Source of the DNA: an uncultured virus (IMG/VR IMGVR_UViG_3300033158_000302)
Lineage: Duplodnaviria; Heunggongvirae; Uroviricota; Caudoviricetes
Length of the DNA: 64,000 nucleotides
Reading direction: 5' to 3' (one strand)
IMG/VR virus record: IMGVR_UViG_3300033158_000302
The position numbers and the translations under genes were made by a program. Positions 52,628 through 63,209 of this stretch are shown here, piece by piece (position 1 is the first letter of the stretch; every line of letters starts with the position of its first letter). The notes under the pieces were generated by a model. The model had not been told where the DNA came from, ran no database searches, and worked only from the letters and a program-made list of their open reading frames with translations.

Positions 52628-53185
52628 ATGGCACGCGGATCCCCCACCGCCATCAGCCTCGGCCCCGGCTACCTGTATGTCGGCCCGCTCGGCACCACCG
52701 AACCCACCGACCTGTCCACCGCCTGGACCGCGGTTTCGGCCTCGTGGGGCACCATCGGCTACACAGAGTCAGGGTCTGAGTTCACCTACAACCCGGCGAC
52801 CGCCACCGTCGAAGTCGCCGAAGAACTCGACCCGGTCGCTGTCGTCACCACCGGCCGCGCCAGCTCCGTCAAATTCGCCATGTCTGAGGTCACCGCCACC
52901 CACCTCAAGACAGCGATGAACGGCGGCACCCTGACCACCGGCACCGGCATCGTCACCTACGAACCCCCCGACCTGGGCACCGAAGTGCGCTGCATGCTCG
53001 GCTTCGAATCCGAAGACCACACCGAACGCTGGGTGTACCGGCAGTGCTTCCAGACCGGCACCATCTCCATCGCCCGCGGCAAAGGCAACGCCAACGCCAA
53101 CATCGCCACCGAATTCACGCTGGAAAAACCAGCCACCGGCTCCCGCCTGTACAAGGCCATCTTCGCCGCCCCGCAACGGCAGTAA
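52628..53185 (+). CDS. Major tail tube protein
   Basis: LGPG.LY..P.GT.EP, W..IGYT..G.EF, E.DP; position. Confidence 0.8.
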   Translation: MARGSPTAISLGPGYLYVGPLGTTEPTDLSTAWTAVSASWGTIGYTESGSEFTYNPATATVEVAEELDPVAVVTTGRASSVKFAMSEVTATHLKTAMNGGTLTTGTGIVTYEPPDLGTEVRCMLGFESEDHTERWVYRQCFQTGTISIARGKGNANANIATEFTLEKPATGSRLYKAIFAAPQRQ

Positions 53186-53247
53186 CCCCGCCGGGCCGTA
53201 CAGCTACACGGCACACGATTCACGAATCGCGAATGAAGGACCGCGCC

Positions 53248-53883
53248 ATGCCCAAACGCAGCTACACGTCCACACCCGAGGCAGGCGGCGCCGAGCAGGA
53301 CGTCGCCTCCACCGAAGGGATCACCTTCGACCTGGACGGTATCGAGTTCACCTGCCACGGCCGGATCAGCATGTACGACATTTCCGCCGCTGCCGGGTCC
53401 CTCACCAGCGACGGCATCATCGACGACCCCGACGCGATCCCGGCGATCGCCGACCTGATCCGCGAAGTGCTCGGCGCCGACACCTACCGGGCGTTCACCC
53501 GGCACCGGCGCGCCCACCGGACCCCCGACATGGTGGTGCAGGACATCATCAACGGCGTCATCGAGGAAACGGGGGAACGCGCCACCGGGCGCCCTACCGT
53601 CAAGCCGCCTACCTCACCGGATGGGCCTACGCTCACCCCGGTCTCATCGGCGGCCACCGGGCAGCCTGCGGCAGGCAAGACCCCAGCGAACTGGACGATG
53701 ACCGGGCCGTCCCAGCAGCCCCCGGCCGCCGAGCAGACGATCCCGCCGGAAGTGGCCCGCGGCGGGGACATCCGGATGGTGCCGGAACCGGGCAGCCCGG
53801 AACCGGACCCGGCGTACAAGACGAAACGAGTGATCAACATCGGCGACGGCTCCCGCACCCGGGTCGAACCCGCCGTCTCCTGA
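53248..53883 (+). CDS. Tail assembly chaperone (frame-0 product)
   Basis: AAGGA RBS; F.LDG.EF.C, GRPT motif; lies between tube and TMP. Confidence 0.75.
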   Translation: MPKRSYTSTPEAGGAEQDVASTEGITFDLDGIEFTCHGRISMYDISAAAGSLTSDGIIDDPDAIPAIADLIREVLGADTYRAFTRHRRAHRTPDMVVQDIINGVIEETGERATGRPTVKPPTSPDGPTLTPVSSAATGQPAAGKTPANWTMTGPSQQPPAAEQTIPPEVARGGDIRMVPEPGSPEPDPAYKTKRVINIGDGSRTRVEPAVS

Positions 53884-54140
53884 CCGGCGGCCTGACCTGG
53901 GCGGGGCTGTGTGACATCGCCGAAGTCGTGCATGTGCGGGAAGCCCGGGACCGGATGAGCCTGCGGATGCTCGCCGTCTGCGCCCAGGCACTCGGCCTGG
54001 ACGGCGCCTACACCGAGCTGGAAGACCCCGCCGACCTGATCGCCGCCATCGGCACCAGCGACGACCCCACCACGCCCGCAACGGACCGGGCCAGCGAAAT
54101 CGCCGCATTCGTCGCCGCCACCGGCGGCGACACCAGCTAA
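53592..54140 (+). CDS. Tail assembly chaperone -1 frameshift extension
   Basis: -1 frame open from 53592 (PYRQAAYLTGWA...) to the stop at 54140. Confidence 0.65.
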   Translation, partial: PYRQAAYLTGWAYAHPGLIGGHRAACGRQDPSELDDDRAVPAAPGRRADDPAGSGPRRGHPDGAGTGQPGTGPGVQDETSDQHRRRLPHPGRTRRLLTGGLTWAGLCDIAEVVHVREARDRMSLRMLAVCAQALGLDGAYTELEDPADLIAAIGTSDDPTTPATDRASEIAAFVAATGGDTS

Positions 54141-54194
54141 CCCGCACAGGCCCAAACGCGGATACACAACCAGCGGAGGAGGGGGGGATGCGCG

Positions 54195-57100
54195 GTGGCG
54201 TTCGACGCCGGGGAAGTCCTCATGCACGCCGCGCTGATCTTCGACCAATCCGCGTCCGCCCGCTCCGTCCGCGACGCCATGGACAAAGGCGTCGCCCCCA
54301 CCGTCAAAAGCGCCGGCGCCAGCCACGGCAAAACCTACGCCGATGCGTTCGCGAAAGACGCCGACTTCTCCGCCCTCAAAACAAAAATCGCTGACCTCGG
54401 GAAAAACCTCCAGACCGCCCGGGCCAAAGTCGACGTCGACGACAAAGACGCCCGCGCGAAACTGGCCGCGTTCAACGTCATCTGGACGAAACTTTCCCGC
54501 GACACCGCCACCCCCCGCATCGACATGACCGGGTTCGCCAGCGCCGAGGCCCGCGCCCTGGCGCTGGACGCGGCCATGCACAAAGCCGGCACCGACACCG
54601 ATCAGGCCGGCGCATCCGCGAACCGGGCCGGGCTCAACTTCGTCGGCGCCTCCCGCGGCATGTACACGCTGATCGCGGTCGCCGCCGGGCTCGGCCCTGC
54701 CCTCATCCCCATCGGCGCATCCCTGGCCGCCATCGCCCTCGGCGCCGGGTCCGCGTTCGCCGCCGCGGCGGCACCCATCACCGTGTTCGGGCTCACCGTC
54801 AAAGCGCAGCTCAGCGGCATCGTCGACGGCTACAAGCAAATCCAGACGCTGCAAAAGCAGGCCGCCGCTGCCCCGCCCGGGTCCGCCGCCCAAGCCGACG
54901 CGCTCCGCAAACTCGCCCTCGCCCAAGCCGACTACACCAAAACGTTCGGCCCGGCCGCCGCCGGAATGAAAAACCTGCAAGACGCCTGGGACAAGTGGAA
55001 GGCATCCACCAGCGGCAGCACCCTGCCGCTGCTCGCCCAGGGCATGAACCTGCTCGCGGCTGCCCTGCCGAAACTGCGACCGCTGTTCGACACCGGCGCG
55101 CAGGCCGCCCAGCGGTTCCTGAACGCCATCCAGGGCTGGGTCAAAAGCGGCGGCCTGGACCAGGCCATCGCCCGGCTCAACACCCTGGCCCAGGCCGTCC
55201 TGCCGCATGTCGAATCCACTATCACCAACGTGATCCGCACCGCCGCCCCGTTCGCCCCCATGATGGCCGACCTCGGCATCAAAGTCGCCGCAGGCATCGA
55301 CAAGGCCACCGGGTCGATGGCCGCCTGGGCCGCCAGCAAAGGCCCCGGCGCGATGAACTCCTTCCTGGCCTACGTCCAGGCAAACGGCCCCAAAGTCTTC
55401 GGCCTGCTGGAAAACCTCGCCGTCGCCGCCGTGCAAATCGTCCGGGCACTGTCCCCGATGGCCCCCGTCTCCCTCGCCGTCGCCAACGCCCTGGCCAAAC
55501 TGATCGCCTCCTTGCCCCCCGGCGCCATCCAGGCCATCGTCGTCGCCGTCATCGCCTGGTCCGGGGCCATGAACGTCCTCGGGCTGGCCTCCGGCAACAC
55601 CGGCAAAGCCATCGCCTGGCTATCGCGGGTCAGCGGCCTCACCGGCGGGCTGAAGGCGCTCGGCACCGCACTGAAAGAAAGCGCCGCCGCCCAATGGCTG
55701 CTGAACGCCTCCATCCTGGGCTGCCCGGTCACCTGGATAATCGCCGCGATCGCCGCGCTCGGCGTTGGTTTCTACATCGCCTGGGAAAAATCCGCGCTGT
55801 TCCGCGACATCATGAAAGACATCGCGAAAGTGATGCTCAGCGTCGGTATCGTTTTCCTGCAAGCCGTCAAAGGAATGGTCGACGGATTCCTGTCATTCGT
55901 CGGGACCGTTATCAACGGCGCAGCGAAAGCATTCGGCTGGGTGCCCGGGCTCGGACCGAAACTGAAAGGCGCCGCGAAAGCGTTCAACGACATGCGGGAT
56001 GATGTCGACGGCGCCTTTAACCGGATGATCGGCAACCTGCAAGGCTGGCAGCGGGAACTGGACGGCAGCAAAACCAAATCCGGTGAAGCCGCCAAATCAA
56101 TCACCGCGGATTTCGGCAAACAGGCGAAAGCCGCCGCCGACGCCCGCTCCGACCTGGACGCCTTCAGCACCGCCATCACCAGGAACGGGCAATGGTCGTC
56201 CGCCGCGCAGGACGCCCGCAACAAACTGGCCAACGACCTGACCAAAGCCGGCGTGAACGCGACCACCGCGCAGGCCGACGTCGACCGGTACAGCGCCGCC
56301 GTCGCCGCCAACGGCGTCAAATCACAACAAGCCCAGCAGGCCCGGGAAATCCTCATCAAAGACATTCTCGACGCCAGCGGCAACGCCAAAGCCGGCCAGA
56401 CCGACATGACCAACCTCGCCGCCGCGATCCGCCTGCACGGCACCACCTCCAACCAGTACAACGGTGCCCGCGCCACCCTCATCATGGACCTGAAAAACAC
56501 CGGCATGAACGCCGCCGACGCAAACAAGCTCGTCGACGGGCTCACTAACAGCATCCGCAACGAAGGCGCCACCTCCGACTTCTACAAAGGATCCCGCGGC
56601 GCGCTCATCGGTGACCTGAAAGGCGCCGGCCTGAACAGCAAAGACGCCGCCACCCTGATCGACACCCTCACCAGGTCGGTGCAGAACCAGGGCACCACGT
56701 CGGACTCCTACAAGTTCGCCCGCGCCGTCCTGATCGCCGACCTGGAAAAATCGGGGAAAACCAGCCAGGAAGCCGCCAGCCTCGTCGACGGGCTGACCGG
56801 CGCGATCCAGGGCGTGCCCGGCAGCAAAAACGTCAACATCGTCATGAACGGCGACGGCTCCTACACCATCACCGGGCTCGGCCCCCGCGCCATCGCCGGC
56901 GGTCCCGCCCAGCTCGCCCCCCTTCCCCCCGGCAAAGCCGCCGGCGGGATGATCACCGGCGGCATCCGCGGCATGGACAGCGTCATCGGCCTGCTGATGC
57001 CCGGTGAGGTCGTAGTCCCCGAACCCCTGGTGCGGGCCGGCGCAGTCGACCACCTGCGCGGGATCCTGCCCGGGTTCGCCGGCGGCGGCCTGGTCAGCAC

Positions 57101-57914
57101 CGGCAACACCGCCATCCTGTCCGGGGCCGCCATCGACCCGATGTACCGGGACTGGGAAACCCAGTACACGCAGGCCATGGTCAACAAAATGCGGGCCGCG
57201 CTGGCCGCGTCAGAGGCAGCAGCAATCAAAACGGCCGCTGCAGCCGCCGCGGCTACCGCCAGTGCTGGTGCCACAGCGGCCGGCGTCCTGTCCAAACAGC
57301 AAATCGCCGGATACTGGACCGGCGCCGGCGGCCCCGGCGGCACGGTCGCGCAGATCGCCGCCGCCATCACCGGCGGCGAATCCGGGTTCAACCCCAACGC
57401 CATCCAGGCAGGGCAGCCACCCGGCCTCACTGGCTACGGCCTGTGGCAGATCACCCCCACCTCCGGCATCTGGCAAAACGGGGCGTTCGGGAACCTGCTC
57501 GCGCCCACCAACAACGCCCGCGCCGCCGTCTACCTCTACCATCAGGCCGGCGACAGCTTCCGGCCCTGGGTCGTCTACAACACCGGCGCGTACCTGAAAT
57601 ACATGAACGCCGGCGGGCTCGTCGGCGCCGGTTACGCCGCCGGCACCGGCAGCGCCGCCCCCGGCTGGGGCTGGGTCGGCGAGGAAGGCCCCGAACTGGT
57701 CCGGTTCCGCGGCGGCGAAACCATCTACGACGCCGCCACCTCCGCCGCCGCCGCGGCAGGCGGCGGAAACACCAGCGACAGCCTGCTCCGCGAAATCCGC
57801 GCACTGCACGCCACCCTGAACGACCTGCCCGCCCGGATCGCCGGGGGAGTCTCCAAAGCCGTCACCGCCCCCCAGCAAACCATGATCGCCGCCGCCCGCG
57901 CCGGTGCCCGCTAA
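54195..57914 (+). CDS. Tape measure protein with C-terminal lysozyme-like/transglycosylase domain
   Basis: 1239 aa, Ala-rich helical with TM segments; ESGFNPNA, GLWQI, NARAA..LY; WVGE.GPELV. Confidence 0.9.
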   Translation: MAFDAGEVLMHAALIFDQSASARSVRDAMDKGVAPTVKSAGASHGKTYADAFAKDADFSALKTKIADLGKNLQTARAKVDVDDKDARAKLAAFNVIWTKLSRDTATPRIDMTGFASAEARALALDAAMHKAGTDTDQAGASANRAGLNFVGASRGMYTLIAVAAGLGPALIPIGASLAAIALGAGSAFAAAAAPITVFGLTVKAQLSGIVDGYKQIQTLQKQAAAAPPGSAAQADALRKLALAQADYTKTFGPAAAGMKNLQDAWDKWKASTSGSTLPLLAQGMNLLAAALPKLRPLFDTGAQAAQRFLNAIQGWVKSGGLDQAIARLNTLAQAVLPHVESTITNVIRTAAPFAPMMADLGIKVAAGIDKATGSMAAWAASKGPGAMNSFLAYVQANGPKVFGLLENLAVAAVQIVRALSPMAPVSLAVANALAKLIASLPPGAIQAIVVAVIAWSGAMNVLGLASGNTGKAIAWLSRVSGLTGGLKALGTALKESAAAQWLLNASILGCPVTWIIAAIAALGVGFYIAWEKSALFRDIMKDIAKVMLSVGIVFLQAVKGMVDGFLSFVGTVINGAAKAFGWVPGLGPKLKGAAKAFNDMRDDVDGAFNRMIGNLQGWQRELDGSKTKSGEAAKSITADFGKQAKAAADARSDLDAFSTAITRNGQWSSAAQDARNKLANDLTKAGVNATTAQADVDRYSAAVAANGVKSQQAQQAREILIKDILDASGNAKAGQTDMTNLAAAIRLHGTTSNQYNGARATLIMDLKNTGMNAADANKLVDGLTNSIRNEGATSDFYKGSRGALIGDLKGAGLNSKDAATLIDTLTRSVQNQGTTSDSYKFARAVLIADLEKSGKTSQEAASLVDGLTGAIQGVPGSKNVNIVMNGDGSYTITGLGPRAIAGGPAQLAPLPPGKAAGGMITGGIRGMDSVIGLLMPGEVVVPEPLVRAGAVDHLRGILPGFAGGGLVSTGNTAILSGAAIDPMYRDWETQYTQAMVNKMRAALAASEAAAIKTAAAAAAATASAGATAAGVLSKQQIAGYWTGAGGPGGTVAQIAAAITGGESGFNPNAIQAGQPPGLTGYGLWQITPTSGIWQNGAFGNLLAPTNNARAAVYLYHQAGDSFRPWVVYNTGAYLKYMNAGGLVGAGYAAGTGSAAPGWGWVGEEGPELVRFRGGETIYDAATSAAAAAGGGNTSDSLLREIRALHATLNDLPARIAGGVSKAVTAPQQTMIAAARAGAR

Positions 57915-58019
57915 AGCACGCCCGGCCGCCATCCGCTCCTCCCAGGCTGCTCACCCCGCGCGCACCCCTCCCGCCCATCCCGGCCACCGGCCGCCACCGG
58001 AAAGGAGACCAAAGGCCAA

Positions 58020-61000
58020 GTGGCAGACTCCCTCATTCTCGGCAAGCTCATCGAACTGCTCGGCGGCGGCGTGCCCTCAGCGCTGCCCCGCTGCACCGGG
58101 GCCACCTTCCGGCTCGGCACGGCGTTCAGCCTCGGTGACCCGGTGCCGGTCATCGACATGGTAGCGGCGCTGCTCGGGGACGGCAGCCGCCCCAGCGGCT
58201 GGCGGATGGACAACCGCCCTGTCACCTTGCCGATAACCATCAGCGTCCCCGTCACCGCCGACAGCCAAGCTGACCGGCTGCTGCTCGCCGGCGCCCGCGA
58301 AACGCTCCTGCAAATCGTCACCACCGACCAGTTCCCGCTCGTGTGGGGGCCGGACGGCGCGAACGGCACCCGCAACCTGGTCTTCGACTGTTTCAAGGCC
58401 CGGGCCACCGTCACCACCTGGGACCTGATCGCCAACCAGCAGCGGATCAGCGAAGTCACCGTCACCTTCGACGCGATCCCCTACGGCCGTTCCGACACCC
58501 TCACCGACCTGATCTTCGACAGCCCCGTGCTGGGCACCCCTGCCCCCCCGGCGCCGCTGACCCTCGACGACTACTCCCTCGTCTCCACCAGCACCCAGCC
58601 CACCTGGTGGACGCAAAGCCCCGTCACCGCCGCCGGATCCTATTCGGCCCGCTGGCATCACGACATCACCGACATGAACTCGCCGCTGCGCTACAGCCAC
58701 GCCCTGTCCGACGCGGCCAGCTACGACTTCGAAACCGACATCGACCCGTGGTATGTGAGCGAAAACTGCACGATCGCCGCCAGCACCGCCCAGGCCCACG
58801 GCGGGACCGGTTCCCTGGCAATGACCTCAGTGGCAGCCGGCGAAATGATCGCCTCCGCCGAGGACGTCCTCGCCTGCGCTCCCACCGACCTGATCACCTG
58901 CACCGGCTGGTTCCGGGCCGGCACCGCCGGGCGGAGCTGCGCGCCCGGGGCCGTGTTCTTCGACGCCAACTACACCTACCTGACCGCGCTGTACCCTACC
59001 GCCGCCGCCGACAACAGCAGCGGATGGACGCAGGTTACCGGGACCGTCACCGCCCCCGCCGGCGCCGCCTGGTGCGCCCCCACCGTCCGGGTTTCCGGCA
59101 CCGGCGCGGCCGGCGAAGTGCACTACGCCGACGACGTGGAAATCAGCTACGGCTTCACCGCCGACCTGACCGGCCTGTCGAAGCTGTCGTTCTGGTTCGG
59201 GCTCGGCACCCCGTACTGGACCTACGGGTACTGGCACTGGCATCAAGGCAACGTCTCGTTCGTGCTCACCCTCACCGACGCAGACGCGCACATGCTCACC
59301 TTCGGGCTGCACCAGTACTGCTATTCCTCTGACAAGCCGGACTGGCCGCTGTGGCAGCAAATCACCGTCAACATCCCCCAGGGCGACCCCGACTTCGACT
59401 ACACGGCGCTGGCCGCCTACTCCATCACCGCCTGGAGCGAAACCCACACCTGGAATAACACCACCGAACTGGACACCACCGGTTACCTGGCCGGGTTGCG
59501 CGCCGTGCCCGTCACCAGCCCGAAACGGCCCGCATCGGTCCGCGGCGGCACCTACGTCCTGTACGGCATCGAAGGAACCGCCCCCGCCGAACTCAACGTG
59601 CACTGCCAGTTGTCCCCCCAGACGCTGGTCGCCTCCACCCAGACCATCACCCTGCCCGGCACCCCCGGCACCGTCAACAACTTCACCGCCCCCGGCGAAA
59701 ACCCCAACTCGCTGTCAACAGGATCAGCGGACTTCGAGGGCGGCGACACCGGCACCTGGACCGGCAGCGACGGGGCCGCCACCAACGCGGTCCTTTCTTC
59801 CAGCACCACCCAGGCCAACGGCGGGTCCACCTCGATGCGGATGACCCCCAGCAGCGGCGGCAGCAACATGACCGCCGCATCATGCACCGCCGCGAACATC
59901 ACCGCGCAAGGGATCACCTGCACCGCCGGGGACCGGATCGCGGTCCGCGCCTACGTCCGCGCCGGAACCACCTCCCGCACCGTCACGCTCGGTGTGCAGT
60001 TCTTCACCGCCGCCGGGGCGGCGATCAGCGTGGTATCCCTGACCGGGGTGGCCGACAGCAACAGCGCCTGGACAAAACTTGACGGCCGGGTCACCGCCCC
60101 CGCTACAGCCGCGTTCGGCCGCGCTGTCCTCACCGTGGCCACCCCCGCCGCCGGCGAATACCATTACATCGATGACGTGTACCTGGCGTATGCGGTGCAG
60201 GCCACCGTCATTTGTGTTGGCGGCGGCGGCGCCGCCGGATCCACCTGGGGATACGAGAGCGCCGCCGGCGGCGGCGGCGGCGGCGAAATCGCGTGGGAAA
60301 CCAGCCTGGACCTGACCCCGGGCGGCACCCACGCCTACTCCATCGGCGCGGGCGGGGTAGCCATCTGGTCCGGGACATGGGCACCGCAAGGCGGGCAGTC
60401 ATATTTCACCGGCATGACAACCACCGTCCGCGGCCACGGCGGCGGGGGGGGCGGCAACGCGGCCGGCGCGTATGAGTCCGCACCCGGGGCAGCAGCCGGC
60501 ACCGGCAGTTCCAACAGCCACCACTACAACGGCGGCACGGGGGCGGGCGGGCAATACTACAACGCCCGCGGCGGCGGATCCGGCGGGTCCGGTGGTGACG
60601 GCGGCGCCGGCGGCAACGCCGGAACCGGAAGCAACAATGCCCCCGGAACCCCTGGAGCGGCCGGGTCCCTCGGCGTCGGCGGCGGCTGGGGGGCCTGGGG
60701 ATACCCGGGGCCAGCCGGGCATGAAGGCCAGGGCAGCAACGGCGGGTACCCCGGCGGCGGCGGCTCCGGGTCAGCGAGCCTCAGCCACGCCCACCACGGC
60801 GGCAACGGCGCGAACGGGCTGATCAAGGTCATCCTCACCTCCTACCTGGTCGGTGAACGGTTCCCCGCCCTCATCGTGCACAAACCATCCCAGCGGTCCC
60901 CGCTGCTGGCCAAACCGGTCCTGTCCGTCGGCGACGGCGGCGCCGTCCCCGACGGCCGCGAATACATGATCGACCAGGTCGACCAGCAGAACGCCCGCTA

Positions 61001-61559
61001 CGACGGCACCTACACCGTGCTGCTGATCGCCGCGTCCCTGCACGGCACCACTGGCCGGAACGTCACCGTCACCATCCGGCAATACGAATCATCCGGTGGT
61101 GACTCCAGCACCGTCGCCGCCTCCGCCTACCTCGGCCCGGCCGAACTGGTCAACGGCATCATCAACCTCGGCGAAGTCACCCTCCCGGTGAAGGAAATGC
61201 CCCTCGAAAACACCGACAGCTACTATTCGATCGCGGTGACCAGCGACGACACTGCGGACAGGTTCCTGGACGTGGTTCTGATCGACTCGCAGGGATCAAC
61301 GTTCATCACCAGCATCAACGGCGCCGGCTACACCGACTACTGGTACGACGCGCCCAGCATCGACACCGGGGTGCCGCTGGTCATCGGATCGGTCGACGAC
61401 CGCTCCCAGGCCGTCTCGGTGATGGCCGACACCCTCATCTCCGGCCGGCCCATCCGCGTGCTGCCCGGCGACAACACCCTCACCGTCTACTCCCCATCCG
61501 GCATGCCAGCGCTTGAGGCGGAATACTGGCCGCACTGGTGGCATGAACGCCTATGGTGA
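58020..61559 (+). CDS. Distal/minor tail protein with two CBM-like domains and a Gly-rich domain
   Basis: Follows TMP; duplicated FE...W......ST.QA.GG..S..MT...W......TAPA.A...HY.DDV domains. Confidence 0.75.
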   Translation: MADSLILGKLIELLGGGVPSALPRCTGATFRLGTAFSLGDPVPVIDMVAALLGDGSRPSGWRMDNRPVTLPITISVPVTADSQADRLLLAGARETLLQIVTTDQFPLVWGPDGANGTRNLVFDCFKARATVTTWDLIANQQRISEVTVTFDAIPYGRSDTLTDLIFDSPVLGTPAPPAPLTLDDYSLVSTSTQPTWWTQSPVTAAGSYSARWHHDITDMNSPLRYSHALSDAASYDFETDIDPWYVSENCTIAASTAQAHGGTGSLAMTSVAAGEMIASAEDVLACAPTDLITCTGWFRAGTAGRSCAPGAVFFDANYTYLTALYPTAAADNSSGWTQVTGTVTAPAGAAWCAPTVRVSGTGAAGEVHYADDVEISYGFTADLTGLSKLSFWFGLGTPYWTYGYWHWHQGNVSFVLTLTDADAHMLTFGLHQYCYSSDKPDWPLWQQITVNIPQGDPDFDYTALAAYSITAWSETHTWNNTTELDTTGYLAGLRAVPVTSPKRPASVRGGTYVLYGIEGTAPAELNVHCQLSPQTLVASTQTITLPGTPGTVNNFTAPGENPNSLSTGSADFEGGDTGTWTGSDGAATNAVLSSSTTQANGGSTSMRMTPSSGGSNMTAASCTAANITAQGITCTAGDRIAVRAYVRAGTTSRTVTLGVQFFTAAGAAISVVSLTGVADSNSAWTKLDGRVTAPATAAFGRAVLTVATPAAGEYHYIDDVYLAYAVQATVICVGGGGAAGSTWGYESAAGGGGGGEIAWETSLDLTPGGTHAYSIGAGGVAIWSGTWAPQGGQSYFTGMTTTVRGHGGGGGGNAAGAYESAPGAAAGTGSSNSHHYNGGTGAGGQYYNARGGGSGGSGGDGGAGGNAGTGSNNAPGTPGAAGSLGVGGGWGAWGYPGPAGHEGQGSNGGYPGGGGSGSASLSHAHHGGNGANGLIKVILTSYLVGERFPALIVHKPSQRSPLLAKPVLSVGDGGAVPDGREYMIDQVDQQNARYDGTYTVLLIAASLHGTTGRNVTVTIRQYESSGGDSSTVAASAYLGPAELVNGIINLGEVTLPVKEMPLENTDSYYSIAVTSDDTADRFLDVVLIDSQGSTFITSINGAGYTDYWYDAPSIDTGVPLVIGSVDDRSQAVSVMADTLISGRPIRVLPGDNTLTVYSPSGMPALEAEYWPHWWHERLW

Positions 61560-62647
61560 GCCGGCTAGCCGACACCGGCCCCGCCACCCAACTGCTGACC
61601 ACCGCCCCCGACGGCAGCAGCGCCCGCTACCTCGGCCGCATCGGGCCTGTGGCCAACATCGTCTACGGCGACACCCTGGCCGGCGGCCCAGAACAGCTCA
61701 CCTGCACCGTCCAGGCCGACCCGTCCCGGCAAGATGACGCCCTGGCCCCCGGCCGGCTGGTCCGCGGCATCCGCGGCGCCTCCATCATCTGGGAAGGCAC
61801 CCTCGACCAGCCGGTGCCCGGCGACGACGGCTGGGAACTCACCGCCTCCGGCGCCGGCACCTGGGGCAGCAAATTCCGTGCCGTCTACACCTCATGGACC
61901 GGCGAAAACGTCATCGACACCGCCATCAGCAACGGGCTGCGGTGGATACGCGGCACCGTGTCCGGCGGTTACCTCGCCGAACCCCGCGACTCCGCCTCCA
62001 TCAGCGTCACCGAATTCCTCAACCTGATCACCTCACCCGGCTCCAAAACCTGGCACGTCACCCGCACCCCCGCCGGGCTGAAAGTCAACCTGATCGACAT
62101 CCCCACCACCCCCACCCGGATCCTGATCACCGACGTGCCCTCGGTCCGCACCCTCGCCGGCTACATCAACGTGCTCCGGGTCCGCTACCAGGCAACCGCC
62201 GACACCGGCTCGGTCCCCGCCACCTACGGGCTCGCGGTCGCCTACAACCCCGACGCCAAAACCAAATACGGGGTCAGCGAACAATACTGGGACCTGTCCC
62301 CGGCCGGGGTCATAACCTACAGCGCCGCCGGCGCCTACGGCGTCGCCGCCCTCAACAAATACACCGACGCCTTCTGGGGCAGCCCGCTGACCATCAGCCC
62401 CGGCCAGTACCTCACCATGGGCGGCGTCCCCGTCGACCTGGGATGCGAAAAAGCGGGGGAAGTGGCCCGGCTCGTCCTCGCCGACGGCCCCTACAGCGGC
62501 CAGCTATCCCCCACCCCCGTCACCTTCCCCGTCGGGAAAATCAGCTACAACAACAGCACCGGCACCGCCCAGGTCACCCCCTTCCAGTCGGTGGCCACCG
62601 ACTGGAGTTCGCTGCTGGACATCCTCGCGCCGAAGGCACCCGCATGA
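61553..62647 (+). CDS. Minor tail protein (hub-like)
   Basis: Position; IIWEG.L..P motif. Confidence 0.65.
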   Translation: MVSRLADTGPATQLLTTAPDGSSARYLGRIGPVANIVYGDTLAGGPEQLTCTVQADPSRQDDALAPGRLVRGIRGASIIWEGTLDQPVPGDDGWELTASGAGTWGSKFRAVYTSWTGENVIDTAISNGLRWIRGTVSGGYLAEPRDSASISVTEFLNLITSPGSKTWHVTRTPAGLKVNLIDIPTTPTRILITDVPSVRTLAGYINVLRVRYQATADTGSVPATYGLAVAYNPDAKTKYGVSEQYWDLSPAGVITYSAAGAYGVAALNKYTDAFWGSPLTISPGQYLTMGGVPVDLGCEKAGEVARLVLADGPYSGQLSPTPVTFPVGKISYNNSTGTAQVTPFQSVATDWSSLLDILAPKAPA

Positions 62648-63147
62648 GCAACCTGGCCACCGTCACCGCCAAAACACACCACCTCGCGCAACGGATCGAC
62701 GGCTACATCACCGCCGCCGCTGCCCGCTTCACCAGCGCAGAAACCCGGCTCACCAGCGCAGAAACCCGGCTCACCAACGATGAAGCCGGCATCGCCGGCG
62801 GCAGCTATGCGATCGTCACCAATTTCGCTAACTCATGGACGGTGTTCGCCAGCCGCAGCCTGGGCGTCAAAACAATCGAAGGCGGGCACGCCGCCCGCAT
62901 CACCGGGCAGCTCACCGCCGGCGGCACAGCCGACGGCACCACCGTCTGCGCACTGCCCAGCATGACGTATGCCCCCGGCCGGCTCGAAACGGTCCTTGTC
63001 GGATTCGCCGGCGGCACCCAGAACGCCGGCGCCATCCCTTACCTGGAAATCGACACCGGCGGGATCGTGAAAATATACGGGGCCGGTGGCGCCGCCGGCG
63101 GCCACTGGGTCGTCACCGGCACCTACCCGCTCGACACCACCAGCTAG
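62644..63147 (+). CDS. Minor tail protein
   Basis: Short coiled coil plus a beta domain (G.L.AG...GT.V..LP...P). Confidence 0.6.
   Translation: MSNLATVTAKTHHLAQRIDGYITAAAARFTSAETRLTSAETRLTNDEAGIAGGSYAIVTNFANSWTVFASRSLGVKTIEGGHAARITGQLTAGGTADGTTVCALPSMTYAPGRLETVLVGFAGGTQNAGAIPYLEIDTGGIVKIYGAGGAAGGHWVVTGTYPLDTTS
62731..62772 (+). repeat. Perfect 21-nt tandem duplication (TSAETRL x2)
   Basis: ACCAGCGCAGAAACCCGGCTC twice. Confidence 0.9.
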
Positions 63148-63209
63148 CCCGTAGCAGCAGCCCAAATGAGGCGCGCGCCGGCATCCGATCGACTGCAGAA
63201 GGAGCCCCG

